Origin: the human T2T-CHM13v2.0 reference genome, Homo sapiens
DNA length: 64,000 bases
Assembly: GCF_009914755.1 (NCBI RefSeq)
Contig: NC_060936.1
Reading direction: 5' to 3' (one strand)
Part shown: in pieces, positions 1-14,809 of the stretch
Layout of the letters: the number at the start of each line of letters is the position of its first letter
Position numbering within the stretch: the stretch's first letter is position 1
Notes under the pieces: model-generated
Told to the model about the DNA's origin: nothing
Seen by the model: only the letters and a program-made list of their open reading frames with translations
The model's database searches: none
Program-made: the position numbers and the translations under genes

Positions 1-209
<209 letters not shown>

Positions 210-1149
210 TGAAGTCTTATCCTATTTTTATAATCTCCCAGTGAAGGGCAGAAGAGGCAGCCCTCTGCCTTTCAAAACTTACTTCATTGTGTTATAATCC
301 TCTCTACTAAGCATCTCCACCTCTCATCATTTGTCCTATTACAGTTTCAAGATCTTGTATCATAAAAGAAAAAGATCATTATATAAAATTGGAAAAATGT
401 AGAAAAGTATGAAGACAAAAACAAACATGCCATGGTCCTACCTTCTAAAGGTAATAACTATCAAAACATTTTGATGGACTTCCTTATCTTTTCTATTTAT
501 ATAAACACACACATATATATCTGTACATTTATATAATATATCCACATATCCATATATGTGAATGTGGCTATCACATCAGTTGAAACAGATTATTTTATGG
601 CATAGCCTACAACAAACATATATATGGTTACTCTGCAATTGTTAATTCTTATTAATGACCATTAGGTGGTAGTTATTGTTTTACTAAATAAATCTGTAGT
701 AAACCTGCTTTTCCATAAATCTTTGACTATGACCCTTATTTTTCTATGTGTAGGATTAATGGACCAAACATCACAAATATATTACAGTCTTCTGCTGGTT
801 GATACCAAATTACTTTCCAGGAAGGTTTTGCTGTTTAGATGCCCATCCTCCCATCATCTGATGACACTTTTTAGTCCAGCTTTTTCTGTGAAGCCCCGGA
901 AAGCAAGTAGGGCTGGAAGAATGCGTGCACACGCGCGCGCGCACAAACACACACACGCGCATACACACATGCGTGTGCTCACACACACACATGCACGCAA
1001 GACTGTCACACCCTGCTCTGGTGGCTGCCCACATGGAAGAAGTGCTGCTAACTCCTGAGGCAAGAAGGGGAGACGTGAGAAATCCTTCACATCCCGAGTC
1101 TCAGTGGCTAAAAGTCCAGCTGTCAGAAGTCTGTGTTCTGAGACTGTTG

Positions 1150-1163
1150 GTTACCATGGCAAC
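1150..1163. promoter_or_regulatory. RFX X-box (GTTACCATGGCAAC)
   Basis: Matches the palindromic RFX consensus GTTRCCATGGYAAC; motif only. Confidence 0.5.
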
Positions 1164-1179
1164 AGAAAGACCTGAATTA

Positions 1180-1607
<428 letters not shown>

Positions 1608-1753
1608 TTATGCCCATACCATCCCGGATTGAAGAGGATTCCTCTTGAGGGTAGAAGGACGAATGCATGGAGGTTACTTCTCTCTTGTCAGGTGGCTAAG
1701 ATGGTTCCCGTCCTTAGGAGATTTAGAGCTCTAAATAAGGGGCATGGGTATAA

Positions 1754-1755
<2 letters not shown>

Positions 1756-1799
<44 letters not shown>
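1756..1799. repeat. (AC)22 microsatellite
   Basis: Read directly from the sequence. Confidence 0.97.
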
Positions 1800-1802
<3 letters not shown>

Positions 1803-2190
1803 TACAAATGGCAAAAAGCCAAGAAACACTTATCTGACCTAAAAGAACCTCAACGCATTGGAATCTATCAATTTCTAAAGATCTTTTCCAAATATTTGTC
1901 TCCATTTCTGCTTAACAAGATTACAGTTAAAGTTTGCCATGACTCAGTCTCACTTTTTTCACTGTAGAACTGGCTTAAATTCGTTTGTTCTGTTAAATAA
2001 GATGTTTAAGGAATTCTGATGACATGATAGAAGAAATAGGCAGAGTTATAGTTAGAAAGAAGCAGATTCTACTACCCAATAGATGCAGCCTGGCAGGTAC
2101 CCACAGACTGCCCACAACTTCCCTGAGTGATTGTGGACCTGGATTAATCCTGGAGGCTGTTTAAGTCAGAAGTAACATGTTCCCCAGCAT

Positions 2191-2375
2191 TTATTTTATT
2201 TTGTTTTATTATTATTTTTTATTTTTAGAGACAGGGTCTCACTCTGTTGCCCAGGCTGGAGTACAATGATGCCATCATAACTCACTGCAGCCTCAAACTC
2301 CTGGCCTCAAGCAAACTTCCTCAGCCTCCCAGGTAGCTAAGACTACAGGTGTATATCACCATGCCTGGCTAGTTT
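2191..2375 (-). mobile_element. AluJ/FRAM monomer
   Basis: Antisense right-arm sequence with T-rich tail. Confidence 0.8.
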
Positions 2376-2744
2376 TCCCTAGCACTTATTTAACACTTAT
2401 TATATGCCAGATCTTGTACTAAGCACTTTATATGTGTCATTTTTTAATCCTCACAGCAACTCAATCAGTTAAGTATCATCATATGCCCCATTCAATAGAA
2501 AGAGGAACCAAGGCATGAATGGTTGTATAACTCTCTCACATTCCCTGATCATAAACCCAGAACCTAGATTCAAACATAGCCAGATTCAAACATAGGTAGT
2601 CTGGCTTCAGAGCCCATATCCTAACCTCTACACACTCTTGTCTCAGGAGGCTGACCACCCACCTCCTCCCTGGAAGATTCCTGGGGGAATTGATCCAGGC
2701 CGAAATAAACCCATGTTCTGGTTTCTTGGAAGAAAATCCGTTGA

Positions 2745-3141
<397 letters not shown>

Positions 3142-3470
3142 ACCAAAATGAGATTTAAAATAAGCATTCAGCTTTCTCTTTGGCATAATGGGATCTGGAG
3201 TCCTCTCTCTAGCTGTTCATAAAAAGTTGGTGACTGCCTTCCAGAACTCTGGGGGCCTAAAAAACAATTCATAAGTAGCTTCTTCTCCATGCTGCTGGAG
3301 TAGAGGCGGAGGAGAAACTATGTTTTGTCATTACTCATGGAAATGGAGCACTTTGAACTGAATATAAACATTTAAGAAAAAAATGATTTCCCAGCGTAAA
3401 CCACCAAAGTTTAGAGTGATCCCGAGGATAGAAGAGCTTCAAAGGGAGGCAGCCTCAGAGAAAACTTTAA

Positions 3471-3823
<353 letters not shown>

Positions 3824-3843
3824 TGATATATTTGTAGAGATAC

Positions 3844-4208
3844 TGTATTAGTCCATTCTCATGCTGCTAATAAAGACATACCCAAGACTGGGTAATGAAT
3901 AAAGAAAAAAAAGTTTAATGGACTCACAGTTCCATGTGGCTGGGAAGGCCTCAAAATCATGGCAGAAGGCAAAGGAGCAGCAAAGTCACATCTTACATGG
4001 TGGCAGGCAAGAGAGAGAGCATGTGCAGGGGAACTCCCCTTTATAAAACCATCAGATCTCATGAGACTTATTCACTGTCATGAGAACAGCGTGGGAAAGA
4101 CCCACCCCCCATGATTCAATTACCTCCGACTGGGTCCCTCCCACAACACCAGAGAATTATGGGAGCTATAATTTGAGATTTGGGTGAGGACATAGCCAAA
4201 CCATATCT
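3844..4208 (-). mobile_element. THE1-family (ERVL-MaLR) solo LTR
   Basis: TGTATTAGTCCATTCTCATGCTGCTAATAAAGACATACCC...GCCAAACCATATC; 5-bp TSD GATAC/GATAT. Confidence 0.88.
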
Positions 4209-4774
4209 GATATATTCTCTATAATCTGTGTGTGTGTGTGTGTGTGTGTACACAACTTTGAAAATATACAACTCAGGTAGTGAAAGTACCTGAAACACAA
4301 TTTCTTGCTCTAGAAAAATATATGATCATTTAGGTTTTTCTTTCTGAAGCATCATAGAAATAGCAATGACACGCATCATCCTTAGGATGCCATGCTGAGG
4401 AATGTAGTCACTTCTAAATGGTAACTCCACTTTCACCTCCAAAAGAAGGTCAGGGGATTTGGGGGTCCTCATTAACAATACGGCTCATGTTAATTTTTTT
4501 CTTAGGGCCTTAATTAGACTTGCAGGTCTAGCTTCCCTTGGATTACAATTTTACATCGTCTAAGTAGTATAAGCTGCCTTTTCTCTTGAAGCAAGATCAA
4601 CTGTAATAAAGCTTCTTGAAGTTTTAGAAATGATAGTATGTTGTGGATTTATAATGTTTTAGGCCTGAAGCCAATAATAACTAAGAATTGGAACACTTCC
4701 TAAGATCCATTTGACTTGATGGGATTTGGAACCTAAATATACAGAGTAGGAAGTTTCTAATTTGGAAGTTAAGC

Positions 4775-5301
4775 TGTTATGATGCTTAATTTTATGTTTC
4801 ATCTTGGCTAGGCCATGTGGTGCTCAGATATTTGTTCAACATTATTCTGGAGGTGTCCTTGAGGGTATTTCTGTATGGACTAGTATTTGAATCAGTAGAC
4901 CCAGGAAAGCAGATTGCCCTTCCCAGTGTGGGTGGACATCATCCTATCCATTGAGGCCTGAGTAAAACAAAACACTGAGTAAAGGAGATTTTGCACAGTC
5001 CTTCCCTGCTCCTGGAATCAGACTGGCACTTACACTATCAGCCCTCCTGCTTATCAAGCCTTCAGACTCAGACTGGAGCTATACCCTTGGGTTTTCTGGG
5101 TCTCCAGCTTGCAGTTAGCAGATCTTGGGACTTCTCAGCCTACATAAATGCGTGAGCCAATTCCTTAAAATCTCTCTCCTTTCTCTTTCTCTCCTTCCCT
5201 CCTGCCTTCCTTCCTTCCTTTTTCTTTCATCTTTCTCCTTCCTTCCTTTCATCCATTCATTTCCTATTGGTTCTGTATCTCTACAGAACCTAGACTAATA
5301 T
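4775..5301 (+). mobile_element. MLT2-family (ERVL) LTR
   Basis: TGTTATGATGCTTAATTTTATG...AAGCAGATTGCCCT...CCTATTGGTTCTGTATCTCTACAGAACCTAGACTAATA with an internal CT-rich tract. Confidence 0.75.
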
Positions 5302-5349
5302 AGCTATTTATTTTTCATTAATTTAAATTATGAAATACTTTAAGCATAC

Positions 5350-5820
5350 AAAAAAGAGACATCCTGAACCTGTGATGGGATGCACTGAGGGCACAGCATC
5401 GTTTCTGTGGTATTCTTGCCAACAATGTATAATCTCAATCATGAGAAAATATCTGACAAACTCCATTTGTGGGACATTTGACAGAGTTTCTGACAAGTTT
5501 CAGGTCAAGAAAGGCAAGGAAAGACTGAGGTGCTGTCACAGACTACAAGAGACTAAGGAGAAGGAACCACTAAATGGAATATGTGATTCTAGATAGGATT
5601 GTAGAATAAAAAAAGGACATTAGTGAAAAAGCAGGAAATTCCAATACCATCTTTGTTTTAGTTAATCATGCTGTATCCAAGTTAATATCCTGGTGTGATC
5701 ATTGTACTATGGCTGTGTAAGAGGTTAACGTTAGTGGTGTAAGCTGAGAGGTATATGCATACCCTGTACTATGTTTGCAACTTCTCTGTAAGTCTAAAAT
5801 TAGGTCAAAATAAAGAGTTG
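5350..5820 (+). mobile_element. Old L1 (L1MC/ME-type) 3' end fragment
   Basis: GGACATTAGTGAAAAAG...CATTGTACTATGG...TGTACTATGTTTGCAACTTCTCTGTAAGTCTAAAATT, a typical L1M 3' terminus. Confidence 0.65.
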
Positions 5821-5827
5821 AAAGAAG

Positions 5828-6123
<296 letters not shown>

Positions 6124-7544
6124 TAGTTAGAAGAATACATTAACATACAGAAAATGATATGACAAACGCCTGTGTACTTAAATCTCAGTTTGGTCAAGTC
6201 TTAGCATTTTGCCATATTTCATTGTATCTTTGAAAAAAAAAACATAGATAAAACTTAAGCCCCCTTTTATTTCTTTCCTGAACACCTTCTTTCCCTGCTT
6301 CCCTCCTGAGCATTATTCTGAATTTGATGTTAATCTCGTGCATGTTTAAATGCTCTTTTACATATTAGTATATCATTTTACCTTTGAGGACAAAAACTTA
6401 TGGAAATTTGAATTAATACTTAGTATTACAGAGTAGTATATACTTAGTACTTAATACTACTGAACTGTACAGTTAAAAATGATTAAAATTGTATTCTTTT
6501 TCTTTTATTAAAGTTATTTTTAATTGACATGTTTGTTTATGGGGTACGATGTCATATTTGGATACATATATATTGTGGAAAGGTCATAGCAAGCTAATTA
6601 GCATAGCCATTGCTTGAAATATTTATCATTTTTTTGTGGTGAGAACTTTTAAAATCATTTCTTTCAGCTATTTTTAAGTATACAGTACATTATTATTAAC
6701 TGTCATCACCTTGCTATGCAGTAGAGCACCAGACTTATTCCTCTTGTCTAACTAAAACTTTGTACCTGTTGACAAACATCTTCCCTTTCCCTCTTTACTC
6801 CCCAAAATGGTAAATTTTATATGTATTTTACCAGTAAAAACAATTAAGGGGAAAAAAAGAACCAATGTAAATGGGCTTCAAGTGATGCTCCTCAGAAAGA
6901 AGGAAGTTGCCTTATTTCAACTGCTTTTTTTGCTTTATAAGAATTATTGTGACAAGGACTTCCTTCTTCCAAACCAAATTCTTAGCTGAAATATTTATAA
7001 CGATTATTTTTAGGGGCGGGGAGAGGATGGGTATGATTTCCTATGCTCTGTTTGCATGTTCATTCCCAAACAGATACAACCTTATCAAGGCTCATGCACT
7101 TAATTAAAGTGGGGGGCAGGTGGTGAAAATAGAGTGTTTTGGTGTACACAAGGTTAAACTGCATCATACCGCTGCCAAAGGCTACACACTCTGCTTGATG
7201 CTTTCCCATGGTTGATAATTTAATTTTATGACAGTCTCTGAGTTATGTGTTTTCATTCTAATATTAAGTTGTGCAATTCAGAGGACCTAGATTCGCCTCC
7301 AGAGTCCAGGACTCCCTGCAGCCATGCTGCCTCTTTTGAGAACTGACCTCAGCTGAGTTTATGCATCATGAGTTGACATAGTCCACAGTGCTAATAGAGG
7401 GGAACTACAGGTTCCCTCTCCCACAACTTTACCATCTAGCACGGCCATGAACACAACTTACAGACTGAATTCTGCCACACATATAAACATTTCATGGCCA
7501 GCAGGCACAAAAACATCACACAACCTTGTTCTGTAAGCTCCCAA

Positions 7545-7737
7545 ACTGCTGTGCAACAGGATGGCCAGTAGCCACATGCGGCTACTAAAATTTAAATGGA
7601 ATTAAACAAAAATTGATTCTTCAGTCACATTAGCCACATTTCAAGTGGTTAGTGACCACCTGAACTAGTGGCTACCTTATTAGTCAGGTGAACAAAATAT
7701 TTATGTCATCTTAGAAAGTCCTGTTGGACAGAGCTGC
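7545..7737. mobile_element. MER3/MER33-like hAT element
   Basis: TAGCCACATGCGGCTACT...TAGCCACATTTCAAGTG...AGAAAGTCCTGTTGGACAG. Confidence 0.6.
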
Positions 7738-10417
7738 TCTAGACAGTCCCTGTGCTCTGTCCTTTGGTTGGATCTGGAGAACATTGAGCAAAAAGTTTCA
7801 TTAGAAGCAGATGGGACAATATTCTAGCGTCAGGATTGGGCTAACTTTCTTGACAGCATGAGGTGACTAAATTTCCTCCAAAGCATCTAGAAACAGGACT
7901 GAAGAGAGTCTTCAGCTGAGGACACCATTTCCCCCTCCCTACCCAGCTTTATTGAGGCATAATTGACAGATAAAAATTGTATATATTTAAGGTGTACAGT
8001 GTGATGATTTCATGTATGCATACATTGTGAAATGATTACCACAATCAAGTTTATTAACACATATTAACACATCTATCACCTCACTGTGTGTGTGTGTGAA
8101 ATCTATATTGTAGCAGATTTCAAGTATATAAAAGAATATTAACTGTAGTCACCATGCTGTACATCAGATCCCCAGAACTTCAAGGTCTGAGGGCACCCTT
8201 TGAAAGACGTAGACAACTGAGCTAGATAGACTCTTATTTTCAGGTTATGCAAGAGTGGGGAAGTCTACAATACTTAGAGCCCATTATGAACACTGAAAAA
8301 TCATTTGCAGCATTCATTATTCTAAGTAACAACCCTCTGGTATTCATCAGAGATAAACATGGTTGACTTGGTTTTCTGTTTACATGAGCTTTTGATTAGT
8401 CATTCAAATGCTAACTACCCCAGGGTATAGGTTAAAAATAATTACTACCCTTGTATCACAAAAATACCCATGTTGTAATGTTTTGAAAAATTGCAGACAA
8501 TATGACTGCCTGTGTATAGATAGCCTCATTTAGTTTTTGCAACAACCCTTTCCAGTAGAAATTGCAGGTATTAATCTCATTTTTGTCTCTATTGAATTCT
8601 CCAATATCCTGTGGCCAGGCTATTGCATGATGGAACCAGTTGCTAAAGAAATTCAAATTGTTCGTATAGCTGCCAAACATACAGCCTCTCTTATTGTATT
8701 TTATAATGTCAAGGCTCCTACATACTTTGGGCCAAGCCTGATGGTGCTTCATGCAACACCAAATACAGGCAACCTACAGTCCTCTCCTCGCTCTCTGTTG
8801 GAATATTTTCTGTATTTTTCAAATCGTTATTAATTCAGCAACTGTGTGCATACCAGTTGAGTGCCTATCAGGTTCCAGGTGCTGCATCCTGCCACTTCTA
8901 GCTGCAGCAGGTTCATTTTTAACCTGGCTTTGCTGCATCTATAAAATAGAGATGATAATGTTGTCTTTGCAGAGTTTTTGAAATGATTATATATGTGGGA
9001 TGTTCTGTAAATGGTTTATTTTTATTGCATAATTGAGGAGACAAACTCCTTCCTCTCACTTTCCTTGGCAATACCCTTCTGGGAAAAATGTTTGTATTTT
9101 ATTCTAAAATGTCAGACATAGACTACTTTCCAACCCTGATTCCATATCAAAATCATGTGTGCACACAATAATTATACTTGGATTTATGTGATTATCTGAC
9201 TGTCTCCCCCACTGGATTGGAGCCTCCACCAGGGCAAGGTGGATCGAATTCATTCTAGGAAGTGTCAGCATCTGCCAACATGGTGCCTGACCAACAAACC
9301 CCTCCTGGATTCTGGCCATCATGGTTAGGGAACCACCAGAGTTAGCATCCTTTCGCAATGTTTCAATTGCATGAGAGCCACACTGGAGACCATTTCTAGT
9401 GCATCTCTAGTTGGGGTGGAAATGCCCAGAAGGGATCCTTTTGGGCTAAGCAGAGGTTTGGTGAAATGAGTGTCATCTAATCTGGATGTTCAGAGCCAAC
9501 AGTTGTTCTTCTTTTGGCACCATTCTAAATTGGGTAGACAACCCCCTTGGTGGGAAGAATTTTGCACAAAATATGTTTGTGGGGAAGGAGGAGAGACATA
9601 GACTCCCTGGGTACTGTTACTTACATCAGAGGAAACAAGAAAGTACAGATCAAAGAGCAGAGTTGGCATTTTACTACTTATCCTTAAAGGACTAGAAGTC
9701 AAGTGATCAAAATGTGAAGACCTTTGTTCTAGTTCTCTAGGGGACTATAAAGAAAAGTGGGGATGGGGTGGAAGTAAGAGGTGGAAATGCTCAAGGTTGA
9801 TTCTCTAAGTGGAACCCCAAGGGTTCAGAGGCAGACTGACTGGCGTCCAGCTCCAGACTAACCCAGTTGGAGAAAATGGAGATAGGAGGTAGCCTACAGT
9901 GTTTTTATTATATTATGGAAAATCAGAAAGATGATATATAGTATCTGAGTGAGTGAAGAATGAATGTAAATAGCAGTAAATGTGAATGCCTGTTATAATT
10001 AATAATTAACTTTAATTTAATTAGAGAATTGAGGATGAGCAGAACCGCAACAGGTGAGCCTGGATTGCAGGGTGGGGTGAGATGAGGGTTGGATGTCTCT
10101 TGGCATCTCTTTGGCTATTCTCATCAGTCATCACAGAGTTCCCATTAGTAGACCTGCCTGTGGGCCAAAACCTCCTGCCTGTAAATGATTTTGCTGATTT
10201 AGTGCTTTATATTTCTGTCCATCCTATTCTTAGCATAAATAAAGCTTTCTCTGCACTTCCCTGAAGCTAAATAAAATTAAGCTATGGGAGGCTCCCTGCC
10301 TCTCGCATGGATCTCCCAGAGCATCTGTGAATAGACGCTGTTGTGTGTGCACACAATGGTCTCCATTCAATTAGGAACCACTTGTGTACATCTCCTCTAG
10401 GAAGAGAGCTCTTTACC

Positions 10418-10784
10418 TATATTAGTCTGTTTTCACACTGCTGATAAAGACACACCCGAGACTGGGAAATTTACAAAAGGAATAGGCTTAATGGGACTTA
10501 ACAGTTCCATGTGGCTGGGGAGGCCTCACAATCTTGACAGAAGGCAAGGAGGAACAAGTCACATCTTACATGGATGGCGGGAAGCAAAGAGAGAGCTTGT
10601 GCAGGGAAACTCCCATTTTTAAAACCATCAGATCTCATGAGACCCATTCACTATCACAAGAACAGCATGGGAAAGACCCCCTCCATGATTCAGTCATCTC
10701 CCACCAGGTCCCTCCCACAACACATGGGAATTGTGGGAGCTACAAGATGAGATTTGGGTGGGGACACAGAGTCAAACCATATGA
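10418..10784 (-). mobile_element. THE1-family (THE1B-like) solo LTR
   Basis: Typical THE1 LTR sequence; perfect 5-bp TSD TTACC at 10413-10417 and 10785-10789. Confidence 0.88.
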
Positions 10785-13147
10785 TTACCCAGAAAGCATT
10801 TATGGTGGCCTACCAGCTTGGGAAGTGGTTAACGAAAATGACATTGGTTAATGAAAACTATAGTCAAGGCTTTGAAAAATCTTGTAATGTGAAAACAACT
10901 TTAAAAAATTATAAAAACAATACAGTATGGGAAAATTAGAAGCTATAAGACAAAAGGGGGCAATATTTTTTAAAACCTACCAAGAGCAAAACTTTAGAGG
11001 TAGAAATTAGATCAGTGGTTGCCAGGAGCCCCTGGGGGTAGGGAAATGGTATAGGCTGCAGAAGGGTAAGGGGAGCACTGTGAGGGACAGAAATAATCCA
11101 CATCAGCACTGTCCAATAAAAATGTAATTTGAGCCACAAGTGGGAACCATTAACTTTTATTTTTCTATAGGTAAATTTTTAAAAAGAAAGAGACATAGGA
11201 ATAGGTAAAATTAATTTTTTGATGTTTTATTTAACTTAATATATAAAATATAATTTCACTCTAAAATAAATATAAAATTATTACATATTTTTGCACTTTA
11301 CACTTATGACACATTTGATTTTGTGCTGGCCACATTTCAAGGAGCCGTGTGTGGCAGGTCTGTGGGCCACACAATTCAACGCAGTTTTGGTGGTGGTTTC
11401 ATGGCTGTATACATTTGTCAAAGCCTATCAACTATATGTCTTAAAGAGTGACTTTTATTGTGTATACAGTATATCAATTTTTAAAAAATTCCTGATAGCC
11501 ATTATGAGCCAATGTATGTTCCATCCTTATATTAAAATTATTGTCTTGAAATGAATGTCAGAAATGCAATTTGATAATTCCATTGTCAAATTCCAAAATA
11601 AAGTTAAGATCGTACATTAGAATCACCTAAGGCTAGTAATTTTCATAGACTTCATGGGGGTGTGGGTGTATGTGTGTTTCCATTACACAGCTTAGTTTAG
11701 AAAGGTCTAGTGAAAATTTAATTAGACATTGCAATTTAATAAGAAAGGATTAATAATTAATTAATAAGAAAAGGATTTGCATATGTTTGGCAAGATAAAG
11801 ATGAACCCAAATTGCTTTGACAAAGACAGTGCTATTTTAAGAAAGCTTGTCATTTTCTCTTTTGTTTTATGGCTACTTCTCTTGCAGCAGTATTAAAAAT
11901 CACTGTCTCTTGACTTCCTTCTGTTTCTATTGTATAATGTGTTTTGCAGTAACTGTTTTGACAGTGGATCTGTCTGCAGGCATTTTTGGGGTATGGGGGA
12001 GGATGAGTCTCATGTACCCACTTGGTAAGAGAAGGTTGTCGGGGAGTAAGTTTAACTTTCATCACTAAAGCTAGGAAATTTTTTTAGCTCTACGACTGTG
12101 TGTTAGTAGTTACAAATAATATTGTTTGCCATTTGATAGCTATTTTGATGTTTTCTTTTTTTCCACCAGAAAGTCCATGTTTAAGTTTTGCTGATGCTTA
12201 CATAAACTTTAACAACTTACAAATGAATACATCCAGGAGAAATAGGCCAAAGGATATCTTCGAAATGGTTTTGAAGCCCAGATGTCTGGGCCGAAAATAA
12301 ACAGATAAAATTTGTTAGGGTTGAAAAATCAATTCCGTAAGTTTGGGCTGGGGAAGACCCAACTGGTAAGAAAATTATCCCACAATATTCATAGACTGAA
12401 TCTTAGAGTACAAAATGTGATATAGTTGTTTGAGAACTTCATAACCCGCAGCATACATTTAACAAGTGGGCCACAGATTAGGCACAAGGTAAACCCTTAT
12501 CAGGTTATTTCACCTTAGCTTAGAGTTTAGTTCGGTGCTCTGTTAGTTCAAGAAGCAGTTACTCCATCCGTACTTGCTATCAAGATGAATTTTATATATA
12601 GCAATGAAAATCAGATTTCAATGTGCATTGAAAATGCAAATCCCTGTGCCCCATTTGTAGGAATTTCTGGTTTATTAAGCAAAGAATGGGGCCTAGAATC
12701 TGCACTCTCAGCATGCATTCCATGTGATTCTTATGCCAGCAGACTCCACCCTGAAAAACTCTAATCTTCAACAACCTGTTAAACTTTTACTAGGTTTTCT
12801 GTACAGATTAGGCACTGTGATAAATTCAAACAAAAGGCAATTTCTTTGTCATGAACATGCTAACATAACTTACAAGGTGGTATGCTGGGAGTGGTACAGC
12901 CAGTGCAAATGGGAAGGAGCTCAGAGCCAGGGGCCAATGCCACCAACAATTGATTCAGGTGTACAAAAGTGCATGTCCACCTCGTGGGAAATAGCATGAG
13001 CTCCAAAAGGGAGAATGGCATTACTAGGGGAAGCAGCTGCACTTAGATATGGACTGCAATGTTGTTGAAGCACTTAGGAAATTTTAACAAGAAAATTGAC
13101 TATGACAATTAAGAAGCAGATGTGAAAGAAATGCATTTGATCATTGT

Positions 13148-13330
13148 CAGAGGGTCTTAAACTTGAGTGCACATTAGAATCACCTGGAGGACTTGTTAAA
13201 ATACAGATTTCTGGGTCCCATACTCAAAGTTCCTGATTCAGTAGGTGTGGGGTGGAGCCTGAGAATTTGCATTTTTCTGACAAGTTCTCAAGTTATGCTG
13301 GTCTGGGGGCCACACTTTGAGACCCACTGC
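13148..13330. mobile_element. MER5A-like hAT-Charlie MITE
   Basis: CAGAGGGTCTTAAACTT...TTAGAATCACCTGG...GAATTTGCATTT...CACACTTTGAGACCCACTG. Confidence 0.75.
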
Positions 13331-13583
13331 TCTTAATGAATTTGGTGTCTTGATTTACCAAAAATCCATAGATGATGATGACGGGTGCAAATTGTTGCGG
13401 CAAGAATGGGGAAGCGATGATTATCAGGGTGTGACCTTGAACTCCCACTCATAGGCTATGTTCCTCCCCGCTTTTTTTTCCTTCTATGACTTTTTTACTC
13501 TCAGAGCAACTGGTCTAACCAAAAATACTCTGGGGGTGGGGACAGGAATGTGGCTATGGAGAATAATTTGAGAACTATAAATC

Positions 13584-14809
13584 AGTTTTTTTCTTTCCTA
13601 ATTGAGGTTTTATTGGTTGTGTTGAGGATCAGTACACAGACATTCCAATTTGTACAAAATTATGTACTGAAACTCTAAAAAGCTATTTTCATTCTTTTTA
13701 AATTCATTGCAGTTCTTTTTAAAAGTTATTCCAATGACTCTCCAGCTTAACATTTGGAAGCAAATTTTCCTTAAGAGGATATCAAGTACTAGTATCTTCA
13801 AATGTTGATAAGCTGTTACATATGTCATACCAATTCACAATTTAATAACATATACACTCAAATTTCAGTCTTTCACAGCATAATGCATTTAGGAAAACAG
13901 GACTACCACAAACAAAGATGCTACAGACAGCACACTGTTCTGACAGGGGGAGCCATGACCAAAGAGTAGTATTTTTTAGGAAACAATTCTACTAAAAGCC
14001 AACATGAAAATAGAAATAATCACAAATATTCGAGACATTAAATGCAGGACTGTGACTCCATATTGCCATTTACTGTGCTTTCTGTTATAGGATATGGAAA
14101 CTAATCCCCCATCTTTAGAATGTTAAGCGGACTCCCAAGACAGTCAAAACCTGCCATAATTCAATATCCCACACTATTTTCTGATTGTACCAGAAAATAA
14201 AATAAACAACCAGCGAATGATTTCACCTCTTAAGTAAAAGCATTTACCCTTAAAAAATGGGTGAGTTAGGATTCCCTCCTTCTTAAAAATATTTCTAGAA
14301 CTACTAAAAAACTTGCATTTACAAAATAGTAGATAAAAATATTCCTCTGGATTGTACAAGAAGGGAGACAGGGACACCGATAAAACATAGTGTATGATAT
14401 CAGTCAGACTTAGTGTCTTTCTCTGTGGCTTCATCCGAGGCTGGACTCTCCTTGTTTTCAGTGTCTCCATTTTCTGCAGATAAATCTTTAGTTTCTTGAT
14501 CAGCCACTTCAGCCTGTTTTTCTTTTCCTCCTTTTTCTGCTTTCATTTGTTTTTTTGTTTTGTTTTGTTTTGTCTGAAGATTTATCCTTTCCTGCTGCCT
14601 TTTTGGGCTTTGTTTCGCTTTGAAGGAGCAGGTTTAGCTGACCACCTTGCAGATCTCTTCTTCGGGGTCTCCCTTCACCGACACTTAGCTGAGCTGACCT
14701 TCCTCCTGGACATCTTGGCGGCATGGAGGGTGTGGGCTGGGTGTCTGCAGGCTGTGGTGCACCGAGAGCCTTCCCGAAACTGGGCTGCCTGGCCACAGCT
14801 GCTGCATCC
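13584..14809 (-). pseudogene. HMGN1 (HMG-14) processed pseudogene, near full-length mRNA copy, frameshifted
   Basis: Minus-strand remnants KPKKAAGKDKSSDK and ESPASDEATEKDTKSD* (ATG 14713, stop 14400) resemble HMGN1. Intronless, ~800-nt 3'UTR, AATAAA at 13613-13608, A-tail remnant. TSD GAGAACTA(T/C)AAATC at 13570-13583 and 14810-14823. Confidence 0.9.

Noticed and set aside
14509-14796. 95-aa minus-strand ORF as a functional HMGN protein
   Set aside because: Only a short part is in the HMGN1 frame; the nucleosome-binding RRSARLSA motif is mutated and out of frame.
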